Assembly (NCBI GenBank): GCA_000697335.1
Contig: JNEM01012957.1
Span: 1 to 40,857, forward strand
Source of the DNA: Conidiobolus incongruus B7586
Lineage: Eukaryota
Direction of reading: 5' to 3'
Length of the DNA: 40,857 bases
Positions 1 through 12,845 of this stretch are shown here, piece by piece (positions within the stretch are counted from its first letter, which is position 1; each line of letters starts with the position of its first letter). Under the pieces are notes generated by a model. That model saw only the letters and a program-made list of their open reading frames with translations. It did not search any database and had not been told where the DNA came from. The position numbers and the translations under genes were made by a program.

Positions 1-899
1 ATTTAATTAAATAAATATTTATAGTATTTATATAAGAAATAAACTAATTTAATTGTATAAAAAATAAATCAAATATCAAAAATTTATAATTAATCATTAT
101 TATATCTTAAAAAATAAAATTAATCCATAATTTTATTAAATAACTTAAGGTTAATTAAAAAATTAATTTAAAAAAATATTATGAATATTAAAGCTGAAAA
201 TATAATTCATTAAAATCTCTTTACTTATTAATAGATTTATATTTTATAAAGTTAAAAATATATAAAATTTAATTTTTAATTTATATAATAAATAATTTAC
301 CTTTTAATATTAAATTATATCATCAAATTCCATCACTCTATTTGAATAAAATAATATGAATAATTTTATATATTATTAAATTAATATTGATAAAGTTAAA
401 TTTAAATAAATATAGAAAATTTTACGAATTATAAAATAATATATATAAACAAGATTGATAATAATGATATTTTTTTGATATATTATATATAATAGTTAGT
501 GGATTGTTAGAGCATAGAATTCTTGGTTTGGTTTTAATATATTATGGGTTTTAAAAATATAAATATGGAAAGAAAAATATATACTAAAAATTTAATTGGA
601 AATTCAAATTTGGATTATCTTTATTGATATTCAAATCTGATTAAAATTTTTATTAATTTTAGTCTTAAAATTTTCAAGATAAGATATTTTATATAATATA
701 ATATTTAATATATTATTTAATATAATTATATTTAATAAAAATATTCTTAATAATAAATATACAAATCTATAAAAGTGAGTTAAAAAATCAAAAACATTTA
801 TATTTTTATTAATAACTTAATTAATATTAAATAAAATAAACTTAAATTAAATAATTAAAATCTATTATATTTATTAATAATATATATAATTAAATAATG

Positions 900-2187
900 A
901 TATTTAGCTATTAATTAGTTAAAATATTAATCTTTAAATTTTACCTAAGGTCAGTTATAAATTTATAGGTTTTTGGTGATAAAAAAAATTAAAACCTAAT
1001 ATATCTATCTTTAGCTTATTTAACTTCTTTAAGTTTATGGGATATAGAATCAACTAACTTCTTATATTATAAAAGGTTAATCTTGTTCTATACTTCTTAA
1101 ATATATTTTTAAAATGGATTTAAATGTTTAACTAGGGGGAAAACTTTAATAACATTTTTAATTAATCCTAAAGGTGTTTAATTAGATTAAAGTTAAGAAA
1201 TTAAAGAAGCTATATTATAACTATTATCTTATTATTTTTAAGCTATTTGATAATAAAAGTTATAGTATAACAAGAGGTATTATCTTACTAGAAAATAATA
1301 TTAGATTTATTTAACCTATATTATTTAATAGTTTTTTTCAATTTATTGTTTATAATACTTTAATACATTTCAGTATTAATTCCCTTATTAACTTTATAAA
1401 GATATTTTATACCTAAAGATAATATACATCCCTAAACAATAATTAACCTACTATTATACTTTTAGGTAAAATTAACATGATGGTTATAAAGTAATTCTTT
1501 ATTTTTTCTGAAATATCTAACTTTTCTATCAAATTTACTAAAGTATATTTTTGTTTCATTAGACTAAATAACCTTACTCTAATTAGTTTTAATTTAACAT
1601 TAGTAATAACATTTAAACTTTTATTTAGCTTTATAATAAGATTTTTTTAGTTGGGGGTGTTTTTTCTTAAAGTATAAGTAGTATCTATGCTAATGTAAAG
1701 CACATATAATAATATTAGTGCTAACTAATATTCTTGTATAGTTTTATAATTCTTGTTATATTTCTACAATAGTATTATATTTGCTTATATTAACTAACTT
1801 ATAAATATACTTCTTATCATATTCATCTATAATTTTAATATGCTTAAGTTTAAATTTAAATGTTTTTTTATTGTTATTCTTAATAACTTTAACTATAGTA
1901 AACTAACTAACACTAGTAATTCTAATAATATTATAAGTTAATTTATTTGTTTTAATAAAGTTAATTGATATATAAATAGATTTTTTTAGAGAGGGATTTA
2001 GGTATAATAATACTAATAAAAAAATTTAATATATCTATAAAATATTATATAAAATAATAAGAAAGAGAAAAAAAGATATAGTTATATATTGTTAAATATA
2101 TCCTTTTATCTTAAAAACCTGCAAATTTATAACTTATCTTAGTTAAATATTAAAGGCTAATATTTTTGCTAATAATTGACTAAATAT
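900..2187 (-). mobile_element. Decayed Tc1-like (IS630-Tc1-mariner, DD34E) DNA transposon with long imperfect terminal inverted repeats
   Basis: The reverse complement of about 901-985 aligns with about 2104-2187 (ttttatcaccaaaaacctataaatttataactgaccttagg... vs ttttatc-ttaaaaacctgcaaatttataacttatcttagt...). These repeats flank a transposase relic. The true termini probably lie further out in AT-rich sequence and could not be fixed. Confidence 0.8.
989..2005 (-). pseudogene. Tc1-family DD34E transposase relic (about 340 codons, many stops)
   Basis: Minus-strand translation gives *SKVI*SNETK (=WSKVIWSDETK, about 1566), IIV*GCI (=IMVWGCI), IF**DNTSCYT (=IFQQDNASCHT, about 1290), *LL*FLNFNLIKHL* (=WPPQSPDFNPIEHLW, 1212-1168) and LVDSISHKL..V..AKDRY* (=LVxSMPRRLxxVxxAKGGYT). 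Exactly 34 codons separate the second D from the E position. The start codon appears as ATA at 2005. Confidence 0.9.
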
Positions 2188-3258
2188 ATTTTAATTTGAT
2201 TATATTTTAATAAATAAGTTTTAATTATAGAAAATATATAATTTAATATTAAAACCAAAGAAATAAGATATTAATATATATATATTTAGGAATAAAGTTA
2301 GAAATATAACTATATATTATTTATTTTAAAAAACTTATTTATTAAAAAAATTTTACAAAAAATCAAATATTTTATTATATATTATAAATTTTAATTAAAA
2401 GCAACTTCAATTGTTACTTGGGTATTATGTTTTATAGTTATTAATTAATAAATATTTTATTATCATAACCAAAAAATTAACAAACAAAAAATTATTACCT
2501 TAATTAAATAAAACTGGTTTAATACATACTATTTTGCTAAATTGGAAATATAGATTAATTCAATCAATAGCAATTATGAAATTTCAATATTAAGAAAAAT
2601 ACGAATCAATTCATTTTTGTATAATCTTACTACTATTCAAATTGGAAAACTAATCAAGTTTATAAAGCATTATATTATTATTGTTATATATTCATCAAAA
2701 TTCAATAATTGATCAATTGATGAATTTCACATAACTAAATTCCTATAAATTTGTGATAATGACTATAAATTATAAATGAATACTCTGTTATCAATATAAA
2801 TTATATTCTTACATTAAAAAGTTCAAATAAAATTTCTAAATTAAGAATATATAATTATTATATTAAAAATCTATTCCCATTTTCGAAAACATTATAATAT
2901 ATATAAAAGACACAAAATTAATAAAGTTACTAAGTTAATATTTTTACTTACAACCAATTCAGATTTACTTTAAATCAATAAAATTGTATAAACTCAATAA
3001 TTCCTCCTTCCTCAATTTAATCCTAATTTAATAAAAAATTTAAAAATAACTGAAAAATATTATGTATAAATTAGGGAGGCTTTTTTCAATAATTCTAGCC
3101 TTAAAAAGAGAAATAATTGAATTTTTACTAAATTTATTAATGTGGATTTAAATTAAAGAATCTCATAATTTTTATCTAACACCAAATTCAGTATCTTAAG
3201 AAATTTGAATGAACAGTTGATAAATTTTGGATCCAGATCAAATTTACTAAAGCCATAA

Positions 3259-3597
3259 TGTCGTGGTTCTACCAATTGGTAATAGAAAGTTGATAATAGG
3301 GAAGGGAGCGGCTTGCATGTGGGTTGTTTGGTAGTTTGGGTTAAGGTGTTTTATTAGAGTTTTCTAAGGGCTTAATGGGCTACACAAGAGACCAGAGGTG
3401 ATGATGGAAATGTATCTCGATAATGACTCTAGATTAAACTATACGTCGGCCGTAAGTGATGTAGAGAAGTGTTTTAGGTCTTTATAAAATTGCGAACTTG
3501 AAGTGGTGTGACTGGTATTCCGGAGTTATATCTCTAAAAGGTAATAGGTCGCAAGGTGAGGTTAGTTGGAAGTGTTACTATCTTGGTAACCATAATA
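3259..3597 (-). mobile_element. Solo-LTR-like element
   Basis: A GC-richer island of about 340 bp in AT-rich DNA. It starts tgtcgtggtt and ends aaccataata, which is the inverted repeat aaccacgaca altered by three C->T/G->A transitions. A TATA-like motif (about 3481-3489) and AATAAA (about 3350-3355) are in LTR order on the minus strand. The target-site duplication is ambiguous (ccataat occurs at both ends). Confidence 0.5.
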
Positions 3598-3972
3598 TAA
3601 TCTCTAGAGCTTGTAGAAAAATATAATTTTATAATATCAATTATATAATAATTAATTATTTTATCTAGTATATTAGTTTAAAATAATTGATTATTACAAT
3701 CCAATTCAGCAATACGTCATAGATTATATTATTAATCCGTTTTAATCAATTAGATGAAATTCAGGGTTAATATTTGATTTAACCCAGTTTACAATAACCG
3801 CTTTAATTTTAGTATGTCTGAATTTGGTAATGTGGTTAATATTATCTGGTTTATTTTAATATCTAAAACAACATAAGAAGTTTGGTATGTGAATGGAATA
3901 TAAAAGGTATAAAGTGATCCATTATAAGGATGTCAGTTGTTATAATAAAATTATATATTAATATTACTAAGC

Positions 3973-5640
3973 ATGCTAGAAGAAGTCCTCACTCCCTCCA
4001 ATATAGCCTATCTAGGACTGAGTGTATGGACAGGGTGGCTAGGATGGTGGTATTACAAAAACTTCCACTACCCTAGGCACATAGGTCCTTTAAAAGATAT
4101 TCCAGGACCTTCGAATGAATTGTGGCAAACCTTAAGATTTATGCACTACAGATTTACGGGGGATGAAGGGAGAATGTATAAAGAATTACATGCAAAATAT
4201 GGACCTATCATACATTCAGGTAGAATATTAAAAATTAATTTTCTATTGTATTACTGATTGATTTTTAGGATTGGGAGTTATTTCTGTGATTGACCCAGAG
4301 GCTACTAAACAGATTTATACTAATTATAAATTTACTAAAGATCCTCGTTATGAATTCTTTATGGAAAACGTTCAAAATATATTTTCAACAACGTAAAATA
4401 ATTAATGAAAAGACTTTTTCTTCTATGATTAACCTTAATGTTGATTTAGTGATAGGAGGTACCATTCAATTAGGGTAAGTAGCCTATATATTGCTATTTT
4501 TTCTTTATTAATTTCAATTTAGATAAGAATGATTGGACCTGCTTTCAATTGGAATAACTTGACGAAATTGGAGCCTTCAATTGCATCTTACTGCGTCGAT
4601 TCCCTTCTCGAAACTATTAATGAAGCGATCGACCAAGGAGCTGAAGAAGTTGACATGTATGATTTATACCACAAGGCGATTTTAGATGTGATTTCTGATA
4701 TGGTATTGGGAAGAAGTTACAACAGTTTGAAAGATGCGAAATTTTCGGCTTTCGAATTGACCAAATACATAGCAGATCCTTGGGGTTTAAAATTTGCCAT
4801 TCCGTTTCTGAAGTTTTTGGAGGCTAAGCACCATCCAAAGATCACGCAAGTGGTGATGGAATGTGTCAAGGAACGAAGGACTGGAAAGAAGAAGCAAGAT
4901 ATTTTGCAGATTTTGATTGATGCTCGAGATGTCGAAACCAACAAGCAATTCACTGATCAGGAAATCATTGAAGAAGCATCCCTACTTGTATTTGCTGGAT
5001 TAGAAACTACTGCTGTATCTCTTGTTTGGGCAACCTACTTAATTTTGAAAAATCCCGAGACTTACAACAAGTTGGTTGATGAATTAGTTTCAAATTTTCC
5101 TGACAAAAATGCTCGTATTACATTTGAACAGTGCAAAGATTTGCCATATTTGAATGGTGTATTGTATGAGACTTTGAGACTAAAATCCCCCGGAAGTGGT
5201 ATCCTCGCTAGAGTCGTTCCAGAAGGAGGTGCTACAATTTGTGGTTATTATCTTCCAGAAGGAGTAAGTTTTAGTTAGGTTAAATATCAAATCTTCAATA
5301 TTTCTAAAATTGATTATTTTAGACTAAAATAGGAACTGGAGCGTATGCATTCCACCACAGCGAAAAATACTGGCCCAATGCTGAAGAATTCTTACCAGAA
5401 AGATGGTTGGGTCCAGATAGCGGAAAATTGAAGCAGTTAATGCTAGCTTTCAGTTTTGGTCCTAGAGGTTGCGTTGGTAAAAATTTGGCATGGATGGAAT
5501 TATTTATTACATTAGCTAATTTTATCAGAAATTATGAATGTTCTATATCAGAAGATATTAGATTGACTCCTTATGATGTTTTCGTATTAAAGGCTAAGGA
5601 AGAAAAGTTGAATGTTAAAATTTTTAAGAGAGCACAATAA
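3973..5640 (+). CDS. Cytochrome P450 (paralog A), 484 aa; exons 3973-4219, 4269-4392, 4450-4474, 4523-5263, 5323-5640
   Basis: GT-AG splicing gives an uninterrupted 1455-nt frame. It has an N-terminal membrane anchor, IPGP hinge, I-helix AGLETT, K-helix ETLR, PERW and heme motif FSFGPRGCVG. TATAAAA lies at 3899-3905. Confidence 0.96.
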
Positions 5641-6939
5641 TCAATTGGCATGATCTCGTATCTATATTATATTTCCAAAATAAATTATATTATATTTTTA
5701 ATAATTTAAATCATTTTAAAAATTTTTCATAATTATTATTTAGTATCATTTTTTTGATAATCCTAATATCATATCCAATTAAACTTTTATAAATTATTTT
5801 TAAAGTCATTTCACTTTGATTCAAAATAAACCTTTTAGAAAATAAATATTGTTAAATCTAGTCATTAAATGATATTATTAACATGAAAATTAAGAGTTCA
5901 CAATTATTGAATTACTATATTATTTGATATATTTTTCATTTTTTCTTATATAGATTAATAAACCAAAAAAATTATTTCAAACTCCTTTGAATTATGATAT
6001 ATTTTTATATAATTTTTGAAATGTTTTTTGAATATGTGTTTATTAATAAAATTATATTTTATCAATTTATTCAAGTTCTAAAGAGAATTGATAAAACTTT
6101 TAAGGACTCTTTAGAAAGTTTCATTGTATTATATATTTTAATATATAGAGGGGTTAAATAGTGATGATTTTATTTTTTTTTATTTCAATTATTCTCTTCA
6201 AAATCACTCTTACATATTATATGGCTTGAGTAATGAATATTCGAGTTTAAAATTTATAAAACAAGCTAAAAGGGATATTAAGTTAATATTAGCTAAATGA
6301 CCTTATAACATTATCAATTTGACATGCTCTTAAATAGTTAAAGTATAATAATACTCTTCACTATTACCGGTTTGACTTCATACTATTAAATCCACCATAT
6401 ATTGATAATATGGTGTTAAAGGTTTAAGGTATTTGTTTAGAGTTGAATTGCTTTATCACTATATTCAAAATGAGCAATCATTTTAAATATAATTCATCAA
6501 AATATTTTATTACTTCGCAATTTGATTTCTTTAAAATGTCTAATGAATTAAATATTCAATAAAATTACAAATTGTGCTATATGAATTATAAGAAAGATTA
6601 GATATAAATTGTATTTTTAGGTAATTGAAATCAATTTATATTAATAACATTGGATATCTAGTGAATTAAAAATTAATTTGTAAAATTATATTCAGAAATT
6701 ATTTTATGTGTTATAATTCTTTTAATATTAATTTAATATTATATTAAATGATCATGAGTAATTTGATAATTTACGATATTTATTATATATACTATATATG
6801 TATATATATTGTATCTTTCTATAGAAATTTCAATAAAAATCAATATGATTTAAAATCCTAGATTTTCAAATTTTAGGAAAGTTAAACAAAAAGTATTAAT
6901 CAAAATTTTATGCAAAACTTTTTATATCAATTATTAATA

Positions 6940-7480
6940 AAATTATAAGTAACAACTGGTGGCAAAGGAATTTCAAAATATAGTATTGAAAAATGATTGA
7001 GTGAACTCAAAGCTGGAGGATTTAATATAAAAGATTTAATGTATTTATGTCTTAAATTTTTTAAACAATAAAAATATAGAAATAAAAATTGCAAATATTA
7101 CAAGTATCACTTATAAATCTGAGCAAAAAGTTATCACAGTTTTTTAATTAAATATTAACTCTGTTATAGTCTTATTAAAAAATAATCTAAAATTAGTTTA
7201 AATATTAACAATATAGGTAACTTTTATTTTAAAAAAATCAAATAAGAGAAAGAACATAAAGTATATTTTTTATTATATTATAATAATTTCTGTATTATGT
7301 TTAAAAAATTATTATAATTAATAAATCATAATTCCTAATATATAATTTATTATCAAAAAAAGTATTAGAGTTGAATTATCAGAACTACTATTATAAATAA
7401 TAAAGTAGAAACTATTTAAAAAAGGTAAATTTATTAATATATAAAAATATTAGAGGATTAATATTTATCAAATAATCACT
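6940..7480 (+). pseudogene. Possible short-chain dehydrogenase/reductase remnant
   Basis: VTTGGKGISKYSIEK*LSELKAGGFNIKDL (about 6949-7038) resembles the SDR TGxxxGxG...D Rossmann start. Later fragments NCKYYK, VIVLLKNN and KKGKFINI occur in SDR order. Very degraded. Confidence 0.3.
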
Positions 7481-7564
7481 TAAATAAGTGATTTATAATG
7501 TTAAAAATATATTTCAGGTTTTTAAAACTAATGCTATTCAATAATATGAATGAAGTCATTAAAA

Positions 7565-7827
7565 ATATTGGTTTTATAAATCAATAACTATATATAGTTT
7601 AAGTAGTTAAATATTTACTTATTAAAAAATTGATTTTTATTCTCCTATCCTCCATTCTCCTAAATATGAATCATGGCGATAACAATTATTTTGATTAGTT
7701 GAAGAATTGATTCAGGGAAAGAAGTTTGACAATATTTTAATTTATAAATTGAATTAAAAAGCTGTGTAAAAGGGTTAAGCAATTACAGTTAATATGAAAT
7801 CATGTTATTGAAAAGAGGAAATATTAG
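7565..7827 (+). mobile_element. C-terminal fragment of a mariner-type transposase
   Basis: With frameshifts it reads YPPFS.NMNHGDNNYFD*LKN, then IQGKKFDN, then G.KQLQLI*NHVIEKRKY*. This matches mariner HPPYSPDLxPxDyxxFxxLKxxLxGxxF...GIxxLxxRWxxVIxxxGxY and parallels the relic at 22945-23980. Confidence 0.55.
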
Positions 7828-9615
7828 TTACTAAAGTGCTATTACCTTTTTACTAAGTTTTTGTATTATTATTATTATTTATATACCTCAAAAATTTTCA
7901 AATATTGATCTTTCAAAATTTTTTTCTAATTAGTCATTGATTTGCTAAAACTTATAATAAATCAAATCTTTAAAAGCTAATTTTTGAGTAATATTATGAA
8001 ATATTGAAATATCTAAACATTATTATAATTTTTCAAAATTGATAATGGAATTTTTTTGAATAAAAAGATTAAACTAAATGATTTTAGTATTAAATTTATT
8101 AACGCAAGATTGAAGTAATTTTATAGTTTATCCATGATATAATATTTAAATTTGACAAGAAATTAAATGATTTATCTATTTAGAAATATATAATGTGTTG
8201 AATATCCAAAATTAAAATTATAGGGTAATGATAATAGTTCTAAATTCAAACTTAATAATAAGGATAAAATGAAATTGATTATAATTTACAAAATGTCACA
8301 TCCAATAATTTGATATTAATATTAAATGATAATATTTGATTTTTCATTGTATTGTATACAAATTTTCAAGAATTAATCTACCAATATTACAAATTCAAGT
8401 ATACTATAATGTAAATTAAACAATTATTAAAACATCTTATCCAGTTTTAATGAATGTTAACAAAATATATATAGGTTAGTAAATATTATCTCGAATAATA
8501 TAAATTATCATTATGAAATGTAAATCAATGTTTTTCAAAACAATTAATATAAAGTAATAAATAGGTTAATATATCAAGTAGTTAATTTTTGGTTGCAAAA
8601 TATTCGGTTTATTGCTGAAATTCAATACTCAATCAAAAACAATTTAATAATAGTCGAACTAAAACTTGTAAATTATTTTCCAAAATTATTATTCATAATT
8701 AGAATTTATTGATTTCAGCATTTATTTGAAATATAATTAATATTTGGCATGAAAATATTATAAAAATTCAATAATAATCGTTTAATTTGTAGATATCACA
8801 ATACTGTCGCAATTATTTTTATATTTTTCTTACTGTCAGAATATATTGATTATGTTAATCAAAATAAGTCAAAGGTTAGAAAATATTTCAATTTTTTCAA
8901 ATAATGTATTAATTGAACATAAAAATTCTAAATATAAAGCTATCCAGCTTGCTACGATTTAATTCAGATAAGATTGGGATAATCAAATTCTAAAGATAGT
9001 ATAAGGGTTATTATATATGTAATCAAATTTGAAAATAGATTTAAACTCCAACAAAAATAATAACTTGGATAATTTTATTAGCCCAAATTTTGATATATAT
9101 ATTAAAACTAAAATAAAACATTATCAAATTTGAATTAATTTTATCAAAAATATATTTAATGACCTCACTTACATCATATTATTCAAACCATTAAGTAAAT
9201 ATTATTATTTACCATTTTTATCCACTTGAAATAATAAATGTTATGATTGGTTAACTAATAGAATATATTTTGAAGTTTTATAAGTGATCATAGGTCACAT
9301 AATTGAATAAATATCCAATGTTTTAATTAGTTTTCACAATTTATCTTTAATTTAGCAAATTCAATTAACAGCTTGCAAAAAGCTAATATTATAAATTTGA
9401 AATGTATATTTATATTGATTTTCAATAGCAACTATTTAAATGAGGAAGCATTTTTGATCATATCTTGAATCCATAACTTAAATTACCAGGAAATTATTAT
9501 TATTAAAAAACAATTATTTTCATTGTTGATAATTACAATAAATTGTATTGTATAAAATTAATTTTATTAGTATTTTATTTAATCAAAATTAAATATTTTA
9601 AATTTTCCAATTAAT

Positions 9616-11281
9616 TTAATTTTCTCTCTTAGATACTTGAAGAACGAGCTTCTCTTCCTTAGTTTTTAATACAAACAAGTCAAATCCGGTTAAGTTAGTA
9701 TTTTCAGGCATTTTAAAGTCGAACCTTCTAATTAAGTTGGCCATTGTAATATAGAGTTCCAGCCATGCCAAATTTTTGCCAATGCATCCTCTAGGTCCAT
9801 GACTGAAAGCAAACAGCATACTCTTCATTTTTTCACTATCAGGTCTCATCCATCTTTCAGGAATGAATAATTCAGAATCGGGCCAATATTTTTCACAGTG
9901 GTGGAAAGGATGGCCACCTACTCCAATAAGAGTCTAAATATTGGTTATTTATATTGAATATAAAATCTCAAACTGATAACTTACTCCTTCGGGAATGAAA
10001 TATCCGCAAATAGTAGCACCACCTTCAGGGACAACTCTTGTCAACACAACACCAGCAGGAGGCTTAACTCTTAATGATTCATAAAGTACGCCAGTCAAAT
10101 AAGGTAAATCTTTGGATTGAGAATAATTAATAGTGGTATCTCTTTCAGGGAAATTTGAGATTAATTCATCAACTAACTTCTTATAAGTTTCAGGATTTTT
10201 CAATAACAAATAAAATGTCCATATAAGGGCAATAGCTGTAGTTTCTAAACCGGCAAATATTAATAATGAAGCTTCTTCAATAATTTCTTCATCAGTGAAA
10301 GTATGATTAGTCTCAGAATCTTTTGAGTCAATCATGGTTTGAAGAATATCATCTCTTCTCTTCCCTTCTCTCCTCTCCTTGAGTTCTTCAACTATATACT
10401 GATTGATCAATGGATGATGTCGCGATTTCAAGAAGCTTAAAAATGGGACTGTAAATTTCAAACCCCAAGATTCGGCAATATGCTTAGATAGTTTGTGAGC
10501 AGGGAAATCAGGCTTTTTTAAACCGTTAAAACATCTTCCGAGAACTAAATCTGAAATCACATCACCAATAGCCTTGTGGATTAAATCATACATATCAATC
10601 TCTTTAGCGCCATTGTCGATAGCTTCATTAATAGTAGCAATCAAATTATCAACACAATGAATAGCAATAGATGGTTCCAATTGAGTAACATTATTCCAAT
10701 TAAATGCTGGAGATATCATTCTTTTCTAAATTTAAAAGGTTATTATTGAAATAATTAATGTCATTAAATATATTACTCTAATAGAATGATATTTTCTATC
10801 ACTATTTAAGAATATTATTAGAAATAATGTTAATAATAAGTTAAAGCTTATATTACCTAGTAGAAAATAAATTCTGAACATTTTCGATACAGAAATTAAA
10901 GCGAGGATCTTTGGTAAATTTGTAACTATTATAAATTTGTTTGATTGCTTCAGGATCAATAACTGAAATGACACCCAGACCTAATAACTCCATTATTTAC
11001 TTTTGAACGTATTTTATAAAATAATATGATATACCAGAATGACAGATTGGACCATATTTGTCATGAAGTTCTTTGTATAAGGTACCAGGATCTCCGGTAA
11101 GACGGTAATACATAAATCTAAGAGTTTGCCATAACTCATTAGAAGGTCCTGGGATTTCTTTCAAAGGACCAACATGACGCGGATAATGAAAGTTTTTGTA
11201 ATACCAGTAAGCCAAATATCCTAAAGCCACAGCAGATGCAGAAGATACTAAAGTAGGTCCTATCAAATTGTCTTGAGCCAT
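9616..11281 (-). CDS. Cytochrome P450 (paralog B), 484 aa; exons 11281-11035, 10980-10857, 10801-10777, 10725-9985, 9933-9616
   Basis: Same exon lengths as paralog A (247/124/25/741/318) with canonical splice sites. Motifs AGLETT, ESLR, PERW and FSHGPRGCIG. Confidence 0.96.
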
Positions 11282-12845
11282 TTTGATAAAATTTTAATTG
11301 TCATGAGAGTATATACACCCTTTATATATACATTAATTGAGAAATTTTAAATTTATAATTGTTTGCAACATGATAATATGGGATCAATAAGTATATCCAT
11401 AAGTTCAAAATTTAATGCAACAATTATTTTCAGTTAATTCATATGTTATATTAATTTGGAAAATGATACATTTTTACTTTAACTTACATTTAGATTTTTA
11501 TTTTTTTTATTAATTACTGCTTAAATCTTATGACATTGGGTTTTTCGCCATATTTTTCTATTCCAAGGCCTCTTTAATATGAAATCTATCTTAATAAAAT
11601 TTTTTGTAATATATTTCATTAATAATTTATTGGCTCTTGTTTATTCAAACTCCTTACAACTAGTAGAATTCGACAAGTGCTTTGTAAGGTACAAGCTAGA
11701 TCATTTTTCTGGATTAAATGATAATCTAATCAATAGTGAGGTTTAATATGATTATTTGTCAAAGTGGATATAATTTAAAATTTCTTAGAATCCAAAGTAA
11801 TATTATATTATGTTAAATATATTTTCAACTAAATTTATCCAATTATTTTATCTATTAATATTGTAAATTTTGTCATCGGTCGGAATACTAAAATTAAATT
11901 GTATTCAATAATTTATTTCATTAAAATTAAAATAATTTTATTAAAGGAATAATAAAAACTGAAAGCTTTATTACAAGTTTAAATTATATGAAGTATTTTT
12001 GATGTTAAATATTTTATTAAATATTAAATTATGAAATATATTAAGTCAACTTTTGAATAAATATATCTATTATGATCTTTTTTATATTAACTAGGAATTT
12101 TAGATTAAATTTTACATATTTGGTAAAATTTTTCAATATTTTCAAACTTATTCTATTTTGATTTTGAATAAATTACATAAATATTTTTAAATTAATAAAA
12201 CTGTATCATTACTAAGTATTTATTGATATAAATTTCATTTAAAAGATACAAAAAAATCATTTTTATATAAGTGATGGTTAGAATAAGACAACTAATGACT
12301 TATGTGTGACATTTAGTTTGCTTGTTTTGATTTTCATAAAAGTCATATTTATATTAATAATAAACTTTTTATTTAATCTATGATGATAAGTTTTATCAAT
12401 TTTTTAAATAAATGTAAAATTGAATAACTATCCTTATTTGAATTCAATAATCATTCTATATTTTTGACATATATTCATTTCAATAATAGTAATTTAAATA
12501 TGATAAATATATAATGTAGAAATTGGGCAGAGGTATAATTGTTTTGCCATATATTAACTAGTTGGCTATATATCTTTAAATGAAGAATAATAAAGCTACA
12601 CTGAATTGATATTACTCATATTGGTGTGATAATTTAACTATATTCAGTCTTTATTAATAGTTGAAATTATAAAATGACGTTATAGATCACAAGAGGTGTA
12701 TATTGGGAATATGTGGTCATTGTTATGGACATATTGCACCTAATTTAAACTATCCATCACTATCAAGGTTTATTAAATATATTCTCCTCTCATGTAAATT
12801 ATACTTAATAAGGCATTACCATAGCTTGAACTAGATGAAATTATT

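Noticed and set aside
200..700. Possible remnant of a single-pass membrane (kelch-like) gene: IVSGLLEHRILGLVLIYYGF*KYKYGKK
   Set aside because: Too AT-eroded; one TM-like stretch is insufficient.
4290..4478. ORF-track 62-aa ORF, and the similar 10732-10974 ORF
   Set aside because: Mostly out-of-frame read-through across P450 exons 2-3 and introns; explained by the spliced model.
4717..4953. Antisense or alternative-frame ORFs inside real genes (also 26722-26910, 26828-27013, 27524-27751, 30483-30809, 32447-33197, 34627-34815, 38337-39943)
   Set aside because: Shadow ORFs overlapping well-supported CDSs, with no motifs.
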